Positions 1 to 8,953 of a DNA stretch of 64,000 nucleotides are shown piece after piece. The notes under the pieces are model-generated. The model was not told where the DNA came from and did no database searches. It saw nothing but the letters and a program-made list of their open reading frames with translations. Position numbers and translations under genes: made by a program. The stretch comes from an uncultured Candidatus Saccharibacteria bacterium (GTDB lineage: Bacteria > Patescibacteriota > Minisyncoccia > GWC2-36-17 > WO2-46-25): assembly GCA_964359755.1 (NCBI GenBank), contig CAYHUB010000001.1, forward strand, positions 39,797-103,796. The letters run 5' to 3'. Position 1 is the stretch's first letter. The number at the start of each line of letters is the position of its first letter.

Positions 1-460
1 GGCGCGTGAAGTGCTGAAAGCGCACGAACCGCGCATGTCGCTTTCTATTGATATTTTCGGATATACATTTATACAACAGCACGACCTTGGCATTGGCCAG
101 CGGCTTGAAGATATGATCGAAGCTTTTGATTTCGTGTACCCCATGGTGTATCCGTCGCACTACAGCACGGGAAATTTTGGTTTTACAAATCCCGCGGAAC
201 ATCCGTATGAAGTGGTAAAAGGGACGCTGGAAAGCGGGCTTGCGAAACTGGGGGAACACGCGACCAGCTCCGCGCACCGCATCCGTCCGTGGCTGCAGTC
301 ATTCAACCTCGGCGCGATATATACCTCCGACATGATGCGAGCCCAGATTCAAGGAACGCGCGACGGACTCGGCGATCCGCCAGCTGGTGGATCCGGATGG
401 CTGTTGTGGGATCCGAAAAACCGATATGACAATGCGCGCGTATATCTGAAAAAAGAATAG
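1..460 (+). CDS. Putative glycoside hydrolase, DUF4015-like (5'-truncated by window edge)
   Basis: Motifs S.DIFG, IGQ, PMVYPSHY, RPWLQ.F and GWLLW.P.N.Y resemble the DUF4015 C-terminus. Confidence 0.75.
   Translation, partial: AREVLKAHEPRMSLSIDIFGYTFIQQHDLGIGQRLEDMIEAFDFVYPMVYPSHYSTGNFGFTNPAEHPYEVVKGTLESGLAKLGEHATSSAHRIRPWLQSFNLGAIYTSDMMRAQIQGTRDGLGDPPAGGSGWLLWDPKNRYDNARVYLKKE
374..393. repeat. Short palindrome GATCCGCCAGCTGGTGGATC (REP-like), inside CDS
   Basis: Near-identical to the perfect palindrome TCCGCCAGCTGGCGGA at 6281-6296. Confidence 0.55.
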
Positions 461-505
461 GGTTGTATTGCTTTACAAATACTCATTATGTTAAAATACC
501 CTCAT

Positions 506-2164
506 ATGTTTATCCGTCTCCTCCCTCATCGTTCATTCCTGCGTTTCCTTCTTCCCGTAGCCGTGTTTATGTTTTCCGCGGTAGCGGGTATCTCGTTTGC
601 CGCATGGCTTGACGCCCCCAACGCCCCGCCCAACTACGGCATCGTGGGCTGTACTCCGCCATGCTTGCAGGAGGACTTCAAGCCGATGAATCTCGGCAGT
701 ACTGCGCAAACAAAGCACTCAGGAGCAACCTTTGAAGGCAACCTGACCGCGGATAATTTGTATGACACGGCAAACTACCCCACCTATTTCATTGATCCAG
801 CAGGGGCAGCTACGGCGGCCAATCTCTTGGGTTCTCTCACAATCAACTCCGGTGCGCTGAACGTCACTCAACCTAGCCCTGTGGGCTACGCCATCTATGC
901 AAGTGGGGGCATCAATTACTTTAGTGGCAACGTAGGAATCGGGACAACAGGTGGTTTGGCAAAACTCGTAGTGAATAACCCTTCTACCTCGGGAAAGACA
1001 GGCTCAGCCGGCGATGCCATTTATGCCTATGCCAACAACACTAACTCTGCCATCTCCGCCGAGCAAGCCAACGCCGCCGGCTACGCCATTTATGCGTCAG
1101 GTGGGATCAACTATTTTAGCGGCAACGTCGGCATCGGGATAGCAGATCCTGGGGCGTACGCATTGAATGTGGTCGGCAGCGTATCTGCAGATGGTCTGTA
1201 TGATCGGCAAGACACCGCTTACTTCATTGATCCCCGCGCTACTATTTCATCAGGCAATCTCAGCGGTACGTTTACCGTCGGCGGCAACGTCGGCATCGGG
1301 ACGACTGATACCACGACATATAGATTAAATGTCGCAGGCAACGCCAACGCCACCCAGCTTTGTATCGCCGGTGATTGCAGGTCATTGTGGCCGAGTGTTC
1401 CTCCAGAGACAGACCCAAAAGTGACGGGCGGTAGTACAGGCTATCTCACCAAATGGACCGGCGCTACCTCGCTTGGCAATTCAGCCATTTATGATAATGG
1501 TAGTCTTATCGGCATCGGGATGACGAATCCAACGCTGGCGAAGTTGAATGTAAGCGGTATTGCTGCCGGTGGCAGTATGGGAATATATACTACCGGAAGC
1601 ACATATGGTCTTTATACTGCTAATAAAGTACGCGCCGGAGCATTATGCGTTGGATCCGATTCCGAATGTATCAATAGCTTAGTGCCGCGAGCGTATGCTG
1701 ATGGTAACGGCGTATGGACATGGACGCAGGTTGTAAATAATTCTATCCCTGATGGGTACTCTATGGTATGGCGGCAGGGCTCAGCTAATCTTGACTCGAC
1801 TCGGCCAGTGTTTGGTCTCAGAATTAGCGGTGGTAGCGATGATGGTGGAGTATGTGGAGCAGGGGTCGGCGGATATTTTTGGGGCTGGGTGGGTCGTCTT
1901 GCGACATTTACGGGTTATACATATGATGTATTTGGAAATTCCTCGGGGGTTCTTCTTGGTAACAATGGTGCGGGAGCTTTTAATACAGGTGAATGGATTT
2001 TTGAAAATATTCCCCCGGGAAGGAGTGGTAGTTCTCCCGTCAACAAGGCGGCGGGAGTTATTTTTATTCCCCCAGGAAAAACTTTGTATTATTGGCAAAT
2101 ATATAATAATGGTCCCGGAACAGGGGGGAATACATGTATAGTAGAAGCTCTATATGGGAATTAG
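506..2164 (+). CDS. Secreted fibre/adhesin-like protein with GNVGIG repeats
   Basis: N-terminal hydrophobic signal; W..P..PP...P.N.G...QTK motif; three GNVGIG plus one LIGIG; duplicated GYAIYASGGINYFSGNVGIG; LCIAGDC motif. Start set to ATG 506, 8 nt after TGnTAAAAT (ORF track start 488). Confidence 0.7.
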   Translation: MFIRLLPHRSFLRFLLPVAVFMFSAVAGISFAAWLDAPNAPPNYGIVGCTPPCLQEDFKPMNLGSTAQTKHSGATFEGNLTADNLYDTANYPTYFIDPAGAATAANLLGSLTINSGALNVTQPSPVGYAIYASGGINYFSGNVGIGTTGGLAKLVVNNPSTSGKTGSAGDAIYAYANNTNSAISAEQANAAGYAIYASGGINYFSGNVGIGIADPGAYALNVVGSVSADGLYDRQDTAYFIDPRATISSGNLSGTFTVGGNVGIGTTDTTTYRLNVAGNANATQLCIAGDCRSLWPSVPPETDPKVTGGSTGYLTKWTGATSLGNSAIYDNGSLIGIGMTNPTLAKLNVSGIAAGGSMGIYTTGSTYGLYTANKVRAGALCVGSDSECINSLVPRAYADGNGVWTWTQVVNNSIPDGYSMVWRQGSANLDSTRPVFGLRISGGSDDGGVCGAGVGGYFWGWVGRLATFTGYTYDVFGNSSGVLLGNNGAGAFNTGEWIFENIPPGRSGSSPVNKAAGVIFIPPGKTLYYWQIYNNGPGTGGNTCIVEALYGN

Positions 2165-2190
2165 ATTTAAGATTTCAAATTTATCTAAAT

Positions 2191-2562
2191 ATGTTTTTAA
2201 AATCAAAATATACTTTACTATCAATTATTTTTGCGGCGGTTATGGCGTTGACCGGCTTGACATCGTACGCCCAAGATAGTGATATAAAAGACGGAACATG
2301 GGCGGAAGCGCCACCTACAATAGCTCCTCGAGTACTTGATGTTCCGCAGAGTGAACCGCTACAAGATTTTGTCATTCCAGCCGACGGAAAAGAACCGTCG
2401 CTTATTGCCGATACATCTGGGAAGATAGGCGTTGAGCAAAAGATTATTCAGCTTGAGCAAAAGGTAAATCAATTAATGTATCTTAATGCGATAGTGTTTT
2501 TGCTTATTGTGCTGGCGGCGGGATCTTTTGGTATTGCTAAAATGAGAAAAAAGCTTTTGTAG
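2191..2562 (+). CDS. Hypothetical membrane protein (signal peptide, short coiled coil, C-terminal TM)
   Basis: ORF with hydrophobic N- and C-termini, followed by a terminator. Confidence 0.6.
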   Translation: MFLKSKYTLLSIIFAAVMALTGLTSYAQDSDIKDGTWAEAPPTIAPRVLDVPQSEPLQDFVIPADGKEPSLIADTSGKIGVEQKIIQLEQKVNQLMYLNAIVFLLIVLAAGSFGIAKMRKKLL

Positions 2563-2595
2563 ATCCTGCGAAGCCGGACGTTGTAAATTCTTCGT

Positions 2596-2620
2596 AAAAG
2601 AGTGCATTACGCACTCTTTT
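2596..2620 (+). terminator. Intrinsic terminator
   Basis: AAAAGAGTGC-attac-GCACTCTTTT. Confidence 0.7.
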
Positions 2621-2666
2621 ATTGTATATCTTTTCGCTCATGGGGGCGGCGTGCTACACTGCGCAC

Positions 2667-3386
2667 ATGAAGCATCGGATACACAATGAAAAGGGGTCTG
2701 CGCTTCCGCTCGGGAATATCGTGCTTGCGACGATTGCGGCAGTTATGCTTATTGGCGTGGTGTGGTACATGGGGGGCCCGCGCGGAACTACGACCGAGAA
2801 AAAAACAACAGCGCAATCTCAAAAAGGCGAGGGTGATGAACGCGTTGAAATCGGCGCGGGAGGTTCCCCGTCGATCGGACGGCCTGATGCGAAAGTGACC
2901 ATTATTGAGTTTGCCGATTATCAATGCCCGTTTTGCGCGGTGCTTCATGCGGGCGCGGAAGCGGCGATCATAGACGAATACGTAAAAAAAGGGAAGGCGC
3001 GGTTTACCTTCAAACATTATCCTTTTTTAGGGGATGAATCGGTGCGTGCCGCGACCGCAAGCAAATGCGCGCAGGAACAAGAGAAATTTTGGGAGTATCA
3101 CGATGCGCTTTTTGAACGGCAAATGCAGAACACGGGCGAGAATGCCGGCGTTTTTTCCGGTGAAAATCTGAAACGCACTGCGGAAAATGTCGGGCTGAAC
3201 GAAGGGATGTTTGAAAAATGCCTTGCATCGGGAAAATATGAACAGATAATACTCGATGAGATGGAAGAAGGCAGACAGGCGGGCGTGGAAAATACTCCGA
3301 CCATGTTCATCAACGGGCGAAAAACCGAAGGCGCGCTGACGTTTGATGCGTATAAGGCGATAATCGATGAAGAGCTGAGCCGATAG
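2667..3386 (+). CDS. Membrane-anchored DsbA/BdbD-family thiol-disulfide oxidoreductase
   Basis: N-terminal TM; EFADYQCPFC; GV..TPT.FING. Confidence 0.9.
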   Translation: MKHRIHNEKGSALPLGNIVLATIAAVMLIGVVWYMGGPRGTTTEKKTTAQSQKGEGDERVEIGAGGSPSIGRPDAKVTIIEFADYQCPFCAVLHAGAEAAIIDEYVKKGKARFTFKHYPFLGDESVRAATASKCAQEQEKFWEYHDALFERQMQNTGENAGVFSGENLKRTAENVGLNEGMFEKCLASGKYEQIILDEMEEGRQAGVENTPTMFINGRKTEGALTFDAYKAIIDEELSR

Positions 3387-3394
3387 AAAAATGC

Positions 3395-3423
3395 TTGGCG
3401 TTTTACGCGAAGACGGATATAAT
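3395..3423 (+). promoter_or_regulatory. Sigma70-type promoter, 6 nt before the trxB ATG
   Basis: TTGGCG-17nt-TATAAT. Confidence 0.6.
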
Positions 3424-3429
3424 ACAACC

Positions 3430-4371
3430 ATGTACGACTTGATCATTATCGGCGGCGGACCTGCGGGGACTGCGGCGGCGGTGTATGCCGCGCGAAAAAA
3501 GATAAAAACCTTGCTTTGTACCGAGTCGTTCGGGGGGCAGTCGGTCGTGTCAGATAATATTGAAAACTGGATCGGTGAAAAAACCATTAACGGTCTTGAT
3601 CTCGCGAAGAAGTTCGAGGAGCATGTGCGCGCGCAGGAAGGGATAGAGATAAAAATGCCGGATCGCGCGGGAACGGTTCGCCGGTTGGAGGGGGGCGGGT
3701 TTGAAGTTGCTTCAGAAAAGGGAGAAGCGTACCTCGCAAAAACAGTGCTTGTGGTTTCGGGCGGGAGGCGGAGAAAACTCGGCGTGCCCGGAGAGGATGC
3801 ATTCTCGGGAAAAGGGGTTGCGTATTGCGCGACGTGCGACGCGCCGTTGTTTCGAAATAAAACAGTTGCCGTCGTGGGAAGCGGCAATGCGGCGCTTGAA
3901 GCGGTGATCGATCTGTTGCCATACGCGACGCACGTGTATCTACTTGTGCGCGGCGATCAATTGAAAGGAGATATGACCACGCAAGCGGAAGTAAAGAATT
4001 CGCCGAAGGTGACGGTGCTTATGAATACGACAGCGCAAGAGATCACAGGGGATACATTTGTGCGGGCGCTCACCTATGCCGATAAGGCCACGAATGAGAA
4101 AAAAACGCTTGATGTGGGCGGGGTGTTTGTCGAGATCGGCTCAATGCCGAATACGGAGATGGTAAAGGATGTCGTGAAGCTGAATGATTTTGGGGAAATC
4201 GTCGTTGATCCGGTGCATGGCACAACATCGCAGGCGGGCATCTGGGCGGCGGGGGATGTGACGGACGGTCCGTATAAGCAAAATAACATTGCGGCGGGAG
4301 ACGCGGTGAAAGCAACGCTCTCTATTTATGCGTATCTTTTAAAGCAAGAAAAGACCGCTTTGCGTATATAA
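3430..4371 (+). CDS. trxB: Thioredoxin reductase (TrxB/AhpF C-terminal-like)
   Basis: GGGPAG FAD motif, CATCD redox motif, VVGSGNAA, AAGD. Confidence 0.88.
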   Translation: MYDLIIIGGGPAGTAAAVYAARKKIKTLLCTESFGGQSVVSDNIENWIGEKTINGLDLAKKFEEHVRAQEGIEIKMPDRAGTVRRLEGGGFEVASEKGEAYLAKTVLVVSGGRRRKLGVPGEDAFSGKGVAYCATCDAPLFRNKTVAVVGSGNAALEAVIDLLPYATHVYLLVRGDQLKGDMTTQAEVKNSPKVTVLMNTTAQEITGDTFVRALTYADKATNEKKTLDVGGVFVEIGSMPNTEMVKDVVKLNDFGEIVVDPVHGTTSQAGIWAAGDVTDGPYKQNNIAAGDAVKATLSIYAYLLKQEKTALRI

Positions 4372-4452
4372 CACACAATTGCGTGATATGCGGGGTTTTG
4401 TGAAAAGCATGAATAAAGGTATTTTTAACTACAAACATTAATATAAGCATAT

Positions 4453-5472
4453 ATGATACGAGTTGCGATCAATGGGTTTGGGAGAATAGGGCGCATGTTT
4501 TTTCGGGTCGGATTTCCCCGGGAAGAGTTGGAGATCGTTGCAATAAACGATCTGGGCGATATTGAAAATCTTGCGTATTTGCTAAGGCATGATTCGGTAT
4601 ACCGCGATTGGGGGCATGATGTGTCGGTGCACGAAGGGAAGCTGGTCGTGGACGGCAAAAGTATCGCATTTATTCAAGAAAAAGACCCGACAAAACTCCC
4701 ATGGAAAGATCTTGAAATTGATGTTGTGGTGGAATCAACCGGCCTTTTTGAAACATTTGAGAAGGCGAAGGTGCATGTGGTCTCAGGAGCAAAGCGCGTG
4801 GTTATTTCCGCGCCGGCAAAAGACGATGAATGCGACGATGCAAAAACGGTCCTGATGGGTATGAATGAAGATGAACTTGAAAACATCAGCGTCAGTTCAA
4901 ATGGTTCGTGTACGACCAATTCCGTGCACCCCGCTATACAGGTGCTGAACGAAACGATCGGCGTGAAGAAGGCGATGCTTACGACGGTGCACGCGTATAC
5001 GGCAACGCAAAAGCTGGTGGACGGCCCCGATAAAGGCGATTGGCGCAGAGGACGCGCTGCGGCACAGAACATTTCGCCCTCAACTACGGGAGCCGCGATC
5101 GCGGTGACGCGCGTCGTGAAGGAATTGCAGGGAAAATTCGACGGTATTGCGGTGCGGGTGCCGGTGATATCCGGCTCGCTTTCAACCGTTGTGTTTCTTG
5201 CGGCTCGTCCGACCAGTATTGAAGAAGTGAACGAAGCGCTCACAAAAGCGGAACAAACCGCGCGCTGGAAAGGCGTATTTAAAACCACAACCGATCCGCT
5301 CGTATCCTCCGATATCATCGGCATACCGTATGCCTCGCTTGTCGATTGTTCGCTTACGAAGGTCATTGATGGCGATCTGGTAAGCATCGGCGCGTGGTAT
5401 GATAATGAAATGGGGTACACGCATATGCTGGTTGAGCATGTGATCAAATCGGGAGCATACGCGAAGAAATAA
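4453..5472 (+). CDS. gap: Glyceraldehyde-3-phosphate dehydrogenase type I
   Basis: INGFGRIGR, SCTTN, WYDNE.GY. Confidence 0.97.
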   Translation: MIRVAINGFGRIGRMFFRVGFPREELEIVAINDLGDIENLAYLLRHDSVYRDWGHDVSVHEGKLVVDGKSIAFIQEKDPTKLPWKDLEIDVVVESTGLFETFEKAKVHVVSGAKRVVISAPAKDDECDDAKTVLMGMNEDELENISVSSNGSCTTNSVHPAIQVLNETIGVKKAMLTTVHAYTATQKLVDGPDKGDWRRGRAAAQNISPSTTGAAIAVTRVVKELQGKFDGIAVRVPVISGSLSTVVFLAARPTSIEEVNEALTKAEQTARWKGVFKTTTDPLVSSDIIGIPYASLVDCSLTKVIDGDLVSIGAWYDNEMGYTHMLVEHVIKSGAYAKK

Positions 5473-5487
5473 TCAAAGAATAAAAAT

Positions 5488-5766
5488 ATGTTCGACAGCT
5501 ACCACTACTACATCTTTATTCTTCTATTGCTGTTTTGTATTTTACTGCTCGTGTTTAACAGTTTTGTGGTGCACCATTATTTTATTGACATCATTTCTGG
5601 CATCCTGCCATTTATTCCGATAGCCGGGTTTTTGTATCATCTGCGTTTTCAGGACGGAACGGTGATTCCGTTTTATGTGCTGTTTTGCGCTTTGCTTGCG
5701 GCGTATGTTGTCGTGTTTGCCGGTATGAAGATATATGCGATATTTAATCCTTCAGAAGGAATATGA
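5488..5766 (+). CDS. Small hypothetical membrane protein (about 3 TM)
   Basis: Hydrophobic 92-aa ORF; ATGA overlap with rpiB. Confidence 0.6.
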   Translation: MFDSYHYYIFILLLLFCILLLVFNSFVVHHYFIDIISGILPFIPIAGFLYHLRFQDGTVIPFYVLFCALLAAYVVVFAGMKIYAIFNPSEGI

Positions 5767-6233
5767 TCATTTATCTTGGCGCCGACCACGCGGGATTCGC
5801 GCTGAAGCAAAAAACGAAAGAATTTTTGGAAAGCGAAGGGTATGAGGTCGCGGATATGGGCGCGTATGCAAACAACGATGGCGACGACTACCCTGAGTTT
5901 ATTGCGGCGGCGGCACAAGCGGTCGCCAACGACCTTATTAAAGGCGTTGATTCGCGCGGGATCATTTTCGGCGGGTCGGGGCAAGGCGAGGCAATGGCGG
6001 CAAATCGCATTCACGGCATTCGCGCGGCGGTATTTTACGGCCCCTCGACTTCGCTCAGGACAGGCGGCCCGCTTGAAATAATAAAACTTTCACGAGAGCA
6101 TAATGACGCAAATATGCTTTCGATCGGTGCGCGGTTTGTTTCCGAGCAGGAAGCGCTTGATGCGGTGAAGCTGTGGCTCGACACCCCGTTTTCCAACGAA
6201 GAACGGCACAGAAGAAGGATAATGAAGTTCTAA
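5763..6233 (+). CDS. rpiB: Ribose-5-phosphate isomerase B
   Basis: GADHAG, DDYP, GGSGQGE, SREHNDAN, RH.RR. Confidence 0.95.
   Translation: MIIYLGADHAGFALKQKTKEFLESEGYEVADMGAYANNDGDDYPEFIAAAAQAVANDLIKGVDSRGIIFGGSGQGEAMAANRIHGIRAAVFYGPSTSLRTGGPLEIIKLSREHNDANMLSIGARFVSEQEALDAVKLWLDTPFSNEERHRRRIMKF
6041..6065 (+). repeat. REP-like half element inserted in frame in rpiB (PSTSLRTG)
   Basis: CCCTCGACTTCGCTCAGGACAGGC resembles the left arm of the element at 29470-29513. Confidence 0.6.
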
Positions 6234-6245
6234 GCGTGGTATGTC

Positions 6246-6368
6246 CAGCCATCACTCCTCAATTCTTTCTTTTATCTTAATCCGCCAGCTGGCGGACAGC
6301 CTTTCGATAACTATTATATAAATAAAAAGCGTGAGAGGATTAAAGAAGGAATTGAGGGGTGATGGCTG
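6246..6368. repeat. About 123-bp inverted-repeat element with a nested palindrome
   Basis: About 31-bp arms CAGCCATCACTCCTCAATTCTTTC.../...GAAGGAATTGAGGGGTGATGGCTG; TCCGCCAGCTGGCGGA inside. Confidence 0.8.
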
Positions 6369-6396
6369 AAAAAGTATATTTCGTAATCCAAAATAA

Positions 6397-7053
6397 ATGA
6401 TAGAAATTGTTCCGGCGATCATTGCACGCGATAGCGAAGAAGTGAAGCAGAAGCTTGCGCTTATTGAGGGCGCGGTTGAGTGGGCGCAGATCGATGTAAT
6501 GGACGGCGTGTTCACGCCGCCGGTGACCTTCAATGACCCAGCTGCGTTGCGCGATATTACGACCACAGTACGTCTCGAAGCGCACTTGATGGTGGCGCAT
6601 CCGGAGAATGTTATTGATGCATGGATCAATTCGCCTGTTGCGCGTATTTTACTTCACTACGAATCAACAACGCCTGAAAAATTGGCGGAGCTTGCCGCAA
6701 AGGTCAGTGCCGCCGGCAAAGAGGTTGGTATTGCGCTTAAACTGGAAACCCCGATCTCTGTCTTAGACCCTTTGTTTCAAATTTCAAGCTTCACGTTTCA
6801 GGTAGTACAGCTGATGGGCATCGCCGAGATCGGGTATCATGGGCATCCATTTGATGAGCGCGTGCTCGACAAAATCCATGCGTTGCACGAGCACTATCCT
6901 AATGTTATAATAGCGGTTGACGGTGGTGTAAGTTTGGAAAACGCCGGTACAATTTTAGAGGCGGGCGCTCCTTGTTTGGTTGTCGGAAGCGCAATTTTTA
7001 AAAGCGATAACGCGAAAGAAACGATTAAGAAATTTCAATCTGCAGTTCTATAA
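6397..7053 (+). CDS. rpe: Ribulose-phosphate 3-epimerase
   Basis: IDVMDG.F, EAHLMV, VDGGV, VVGSAIF. Confidence 0.93.
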   Translation: MIEIVPAIIARDSEEVKQKLALIEGAVEWAQIDVMDGVFTPPVTFNDPAALRDITTTVRLEAHLMVAHPENVIDAWINSPVARILLHYESTTPEKLAELAAKVSAAGKEVGIALKLETPISVLDPLFQISSFTFQVVQLMGIAEIGYHGHPFDERVLDKIHALHEHYPNVIIAVDGGVSLENAGTILEAGAPCLVVGSAIFKSDNAKETIKKFQSAVL

Positions 7054-7071
7054 GCTAACGAAGTTAAACAT

Positions 7072-7968
7072 ATGACCACACTGCACGAAGAAAAAATAAA
7101 ACTACTCGAGGAAAAAGCAAATCTCATCAGGCAGAGCATCATTGAGATGCTTATTGAGGCAAAAAGCGGGCATTCCGCGGGGCCGCTTGGCATGGCGGAT
7201 GTATTCGCGCTTTTTTATTTCCACATCCTTAAACACGATCCGAAAAACCCGACATGGCCGGAACGGGACAGATTGATCCTGTCGAACGGGCATATTTGTC
7301 CGGTGTTGTATGCAACAATGGCGCACGCGGGTTATTTCCCTGTGGAGGAGTTGAAAACATTGCGAAAACTTCATTCGCGTTTACAAGGGCATCCGCACCG
7401 CGAATGGCTGCCGATGGTGGAAACGAGTTCCGGCCCGCTCGGCTCGGGGCTTTCGCAAGCGGTAGGCATGGCGCTTGCCGACAGGATGGACAACGGAAAG
7501 ACATCAGGGAAATTCTTTTATTGCTTCATGGGAGACGGCGAGCTTGATTGCGGGCAGGTGTGGGAAGCGACGATGCTCGCGGGCAAAGAAAAATTGCACA
7601 ATATCATCGGCGTTATTGACCGCAACAACATCCAGATTGACGGGTTTACCGAAGACATTATGCCGCTTGAACCGCTGAAAGAAAAATTCGAATCGTTCGG
7701 CTGGCATGTGCTTGAAGTGGACGGGCATAATTTTGAAGCGCTCTCCGACGCGGTAGGCCAAGCGCAGGCGGTTTTTGAAAAGCCGTCGATGATCATTGCG
7801 CATACGATCCCGGGGAAAGGAGTTGAATTCATGGAGCGTCGGTTTGAGTGGCACGGCGTACCGCCGGGCCAAGGACCGGAAGACAAAGTGAAGAAAGCCG
7901 AGCAGGGTCTTGAGGCGCTGAACGAGTTACGTACGCTCTGCGGCAAAATTAAATCTGAACATGAATAA
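7072..7968 (+). CDS. tkt: Transketolase, N-terminal (TPP-binding) subunit
   Basis: SGH..G, DRLILSNGH, LQGHP, GDGE...G..WEA, DRN..QIDG. Confidence 0.95.
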   Translation: MTTLHEEKIKLLEEKANLIRQSIIEMLIEAKSGHSAGPLGMADVFALFYFHILKHDPKNPTWPERDRLILSNGHICPVLYATMAHAGYFPVEELKTLRKLHSRLQGHPHREWLPMVETSSGPLGSGLSQAVGMALADRMDNGKTSGKFFYCFMGDGELDCGQVWEATMLAGKEKLHNIIGVIDRNNIQIDGFTEDIMPLEPLKEKFESFGWHVLEVDGHNFEALSDAVGQAQAVFEKPSMIIAHTIPGKGVEFMERRFEWHGVPPGQGPEDKVKKAEQGLEALNELRTLCGKIKSEHE

Positions 7969-8950
7969 TATGGACACACTCAATCCGAAATTGTTCGATA
8001 AAGACGTAGAACAGCTTCCTATCCGCAAAGGATACGGCGACGGCTTGTTGCAGGCGGGGAAGGAAGATGAGCGGATTGTGGCGCTGTGCGCCGACCTGAC
8101 CGGCTCGACGATGACGAGCGTGTTTTCCAAAGAATTTCCGAAACGATTCGTGCAAATGGGCATCGGCGAACAATCAATGGCATCGGTCGCTTCCGGCATG
8201 GCGGCGATGGGGAAAATTCCGTTTCTCGCTTCGTATGCGATGTTTTCGCCCGGGCGCAACTGGGAACAGATTCGTACCACGATCTGCTACAATGATTCTA
8301 ATGTGAAAATTGCGGGCGCGCATGCGGGCGTTTCCGTGGGGCCTGACGGCGGCACGCATCAGGCGGTTGAGGATATTGCGATCACGCGGGTCATCCCGCG
8401 CATGACGGTTATTGTGCCATGCGACGCCATTGAAGCGAAAAAGGCGACGCTTGCGGCGGCAAAAATGACAGGCCCGGTGTATATACGGCTTGCGCGCGAA
8501 GCAACGCCGGTCATCACTACGGAAGCAACACCGTTTGCCATCGGGAAAGCACAGCTATTTTTCACGCCGAAGGAAAAAGCGCAGGTTGGCATTATCGCGG
8601 TCGGCGCGCTTGTCTATAATGCTATTATTGCGGCGCGTGAGCTCGAAGCGGAAGGAGTATATGCAACAGTAATGAATCTCGGCACCGTGAAGCCGATCGA
8701 TAAAGAGGCGGTTGTTGCGCTTGCAAAAGAAGCGGGTGCATTAGTGACGGTAGAAGAACACCAAGTTGCGTGCGGCGTCGGGTCTGCGGTCGCGGAAGTT
8801 CTTGTACAGCATCGTCCAGTGCCGATTGAATTTGTCGGCGTGCGGGATACGTTCGGTCAATCGGGAGAGCCCAATGAGCTTATTGAGCATTACGGCATGG
8901 GGGTGAGTCATATTAAGGACGCGGTGAAGAGAGTAATAGGAAGGAAGTAA
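7961..8950 (+). CDS. tkt: Transketolase, C-terminal subunit
   Basis: ADL..S, GIGEQ, GPDGGTHQ, VEEH; overlaps the N-subunit gene. Confidence 0.95.
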   Translation: MNNMDTLNPKLFDKDVEQLPIRKGYGDGLLQAGKEDERIVALCADLTGSTMTSVFSKEFPKRFVQMGIGEQSMASVASGMAAMGKIPFLASYAMFSPGRNWEQIRTTICYNDSNVKIAGAHAGVSVGPDGGTHQAVEDIAITRVIPRMTVIVPCDAIEAKKATLAAAKMTGPVYIRLAREATPVITTEATPFAIGKAQLFFTPKEKAQVGIIAVGALVYNAIIAARELEAEGVYATVMNLGTVKPIDKEAVVALAKEAGALVTVEEHQVACGVGSAVAEVLVQHRPVPIEFVGVRDTFGQSGEPNELIEHYGMGVSHIKDAVKRVIGRK

Positions 8951-8953
8951 TTT

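Noticed and set aside
1560-2164. Possible DGR target (variable C-terminus of the fibre protein)
   Set aside because: No template-repeat copy, reverse transcriptase or avd gene seen in the window.
3027-5447. 286-aa and 257-aa minus-strand ORFs
   Set aside because: Antisense to dsbA-like/trxB and to gap; codon-symmetry artefacts.
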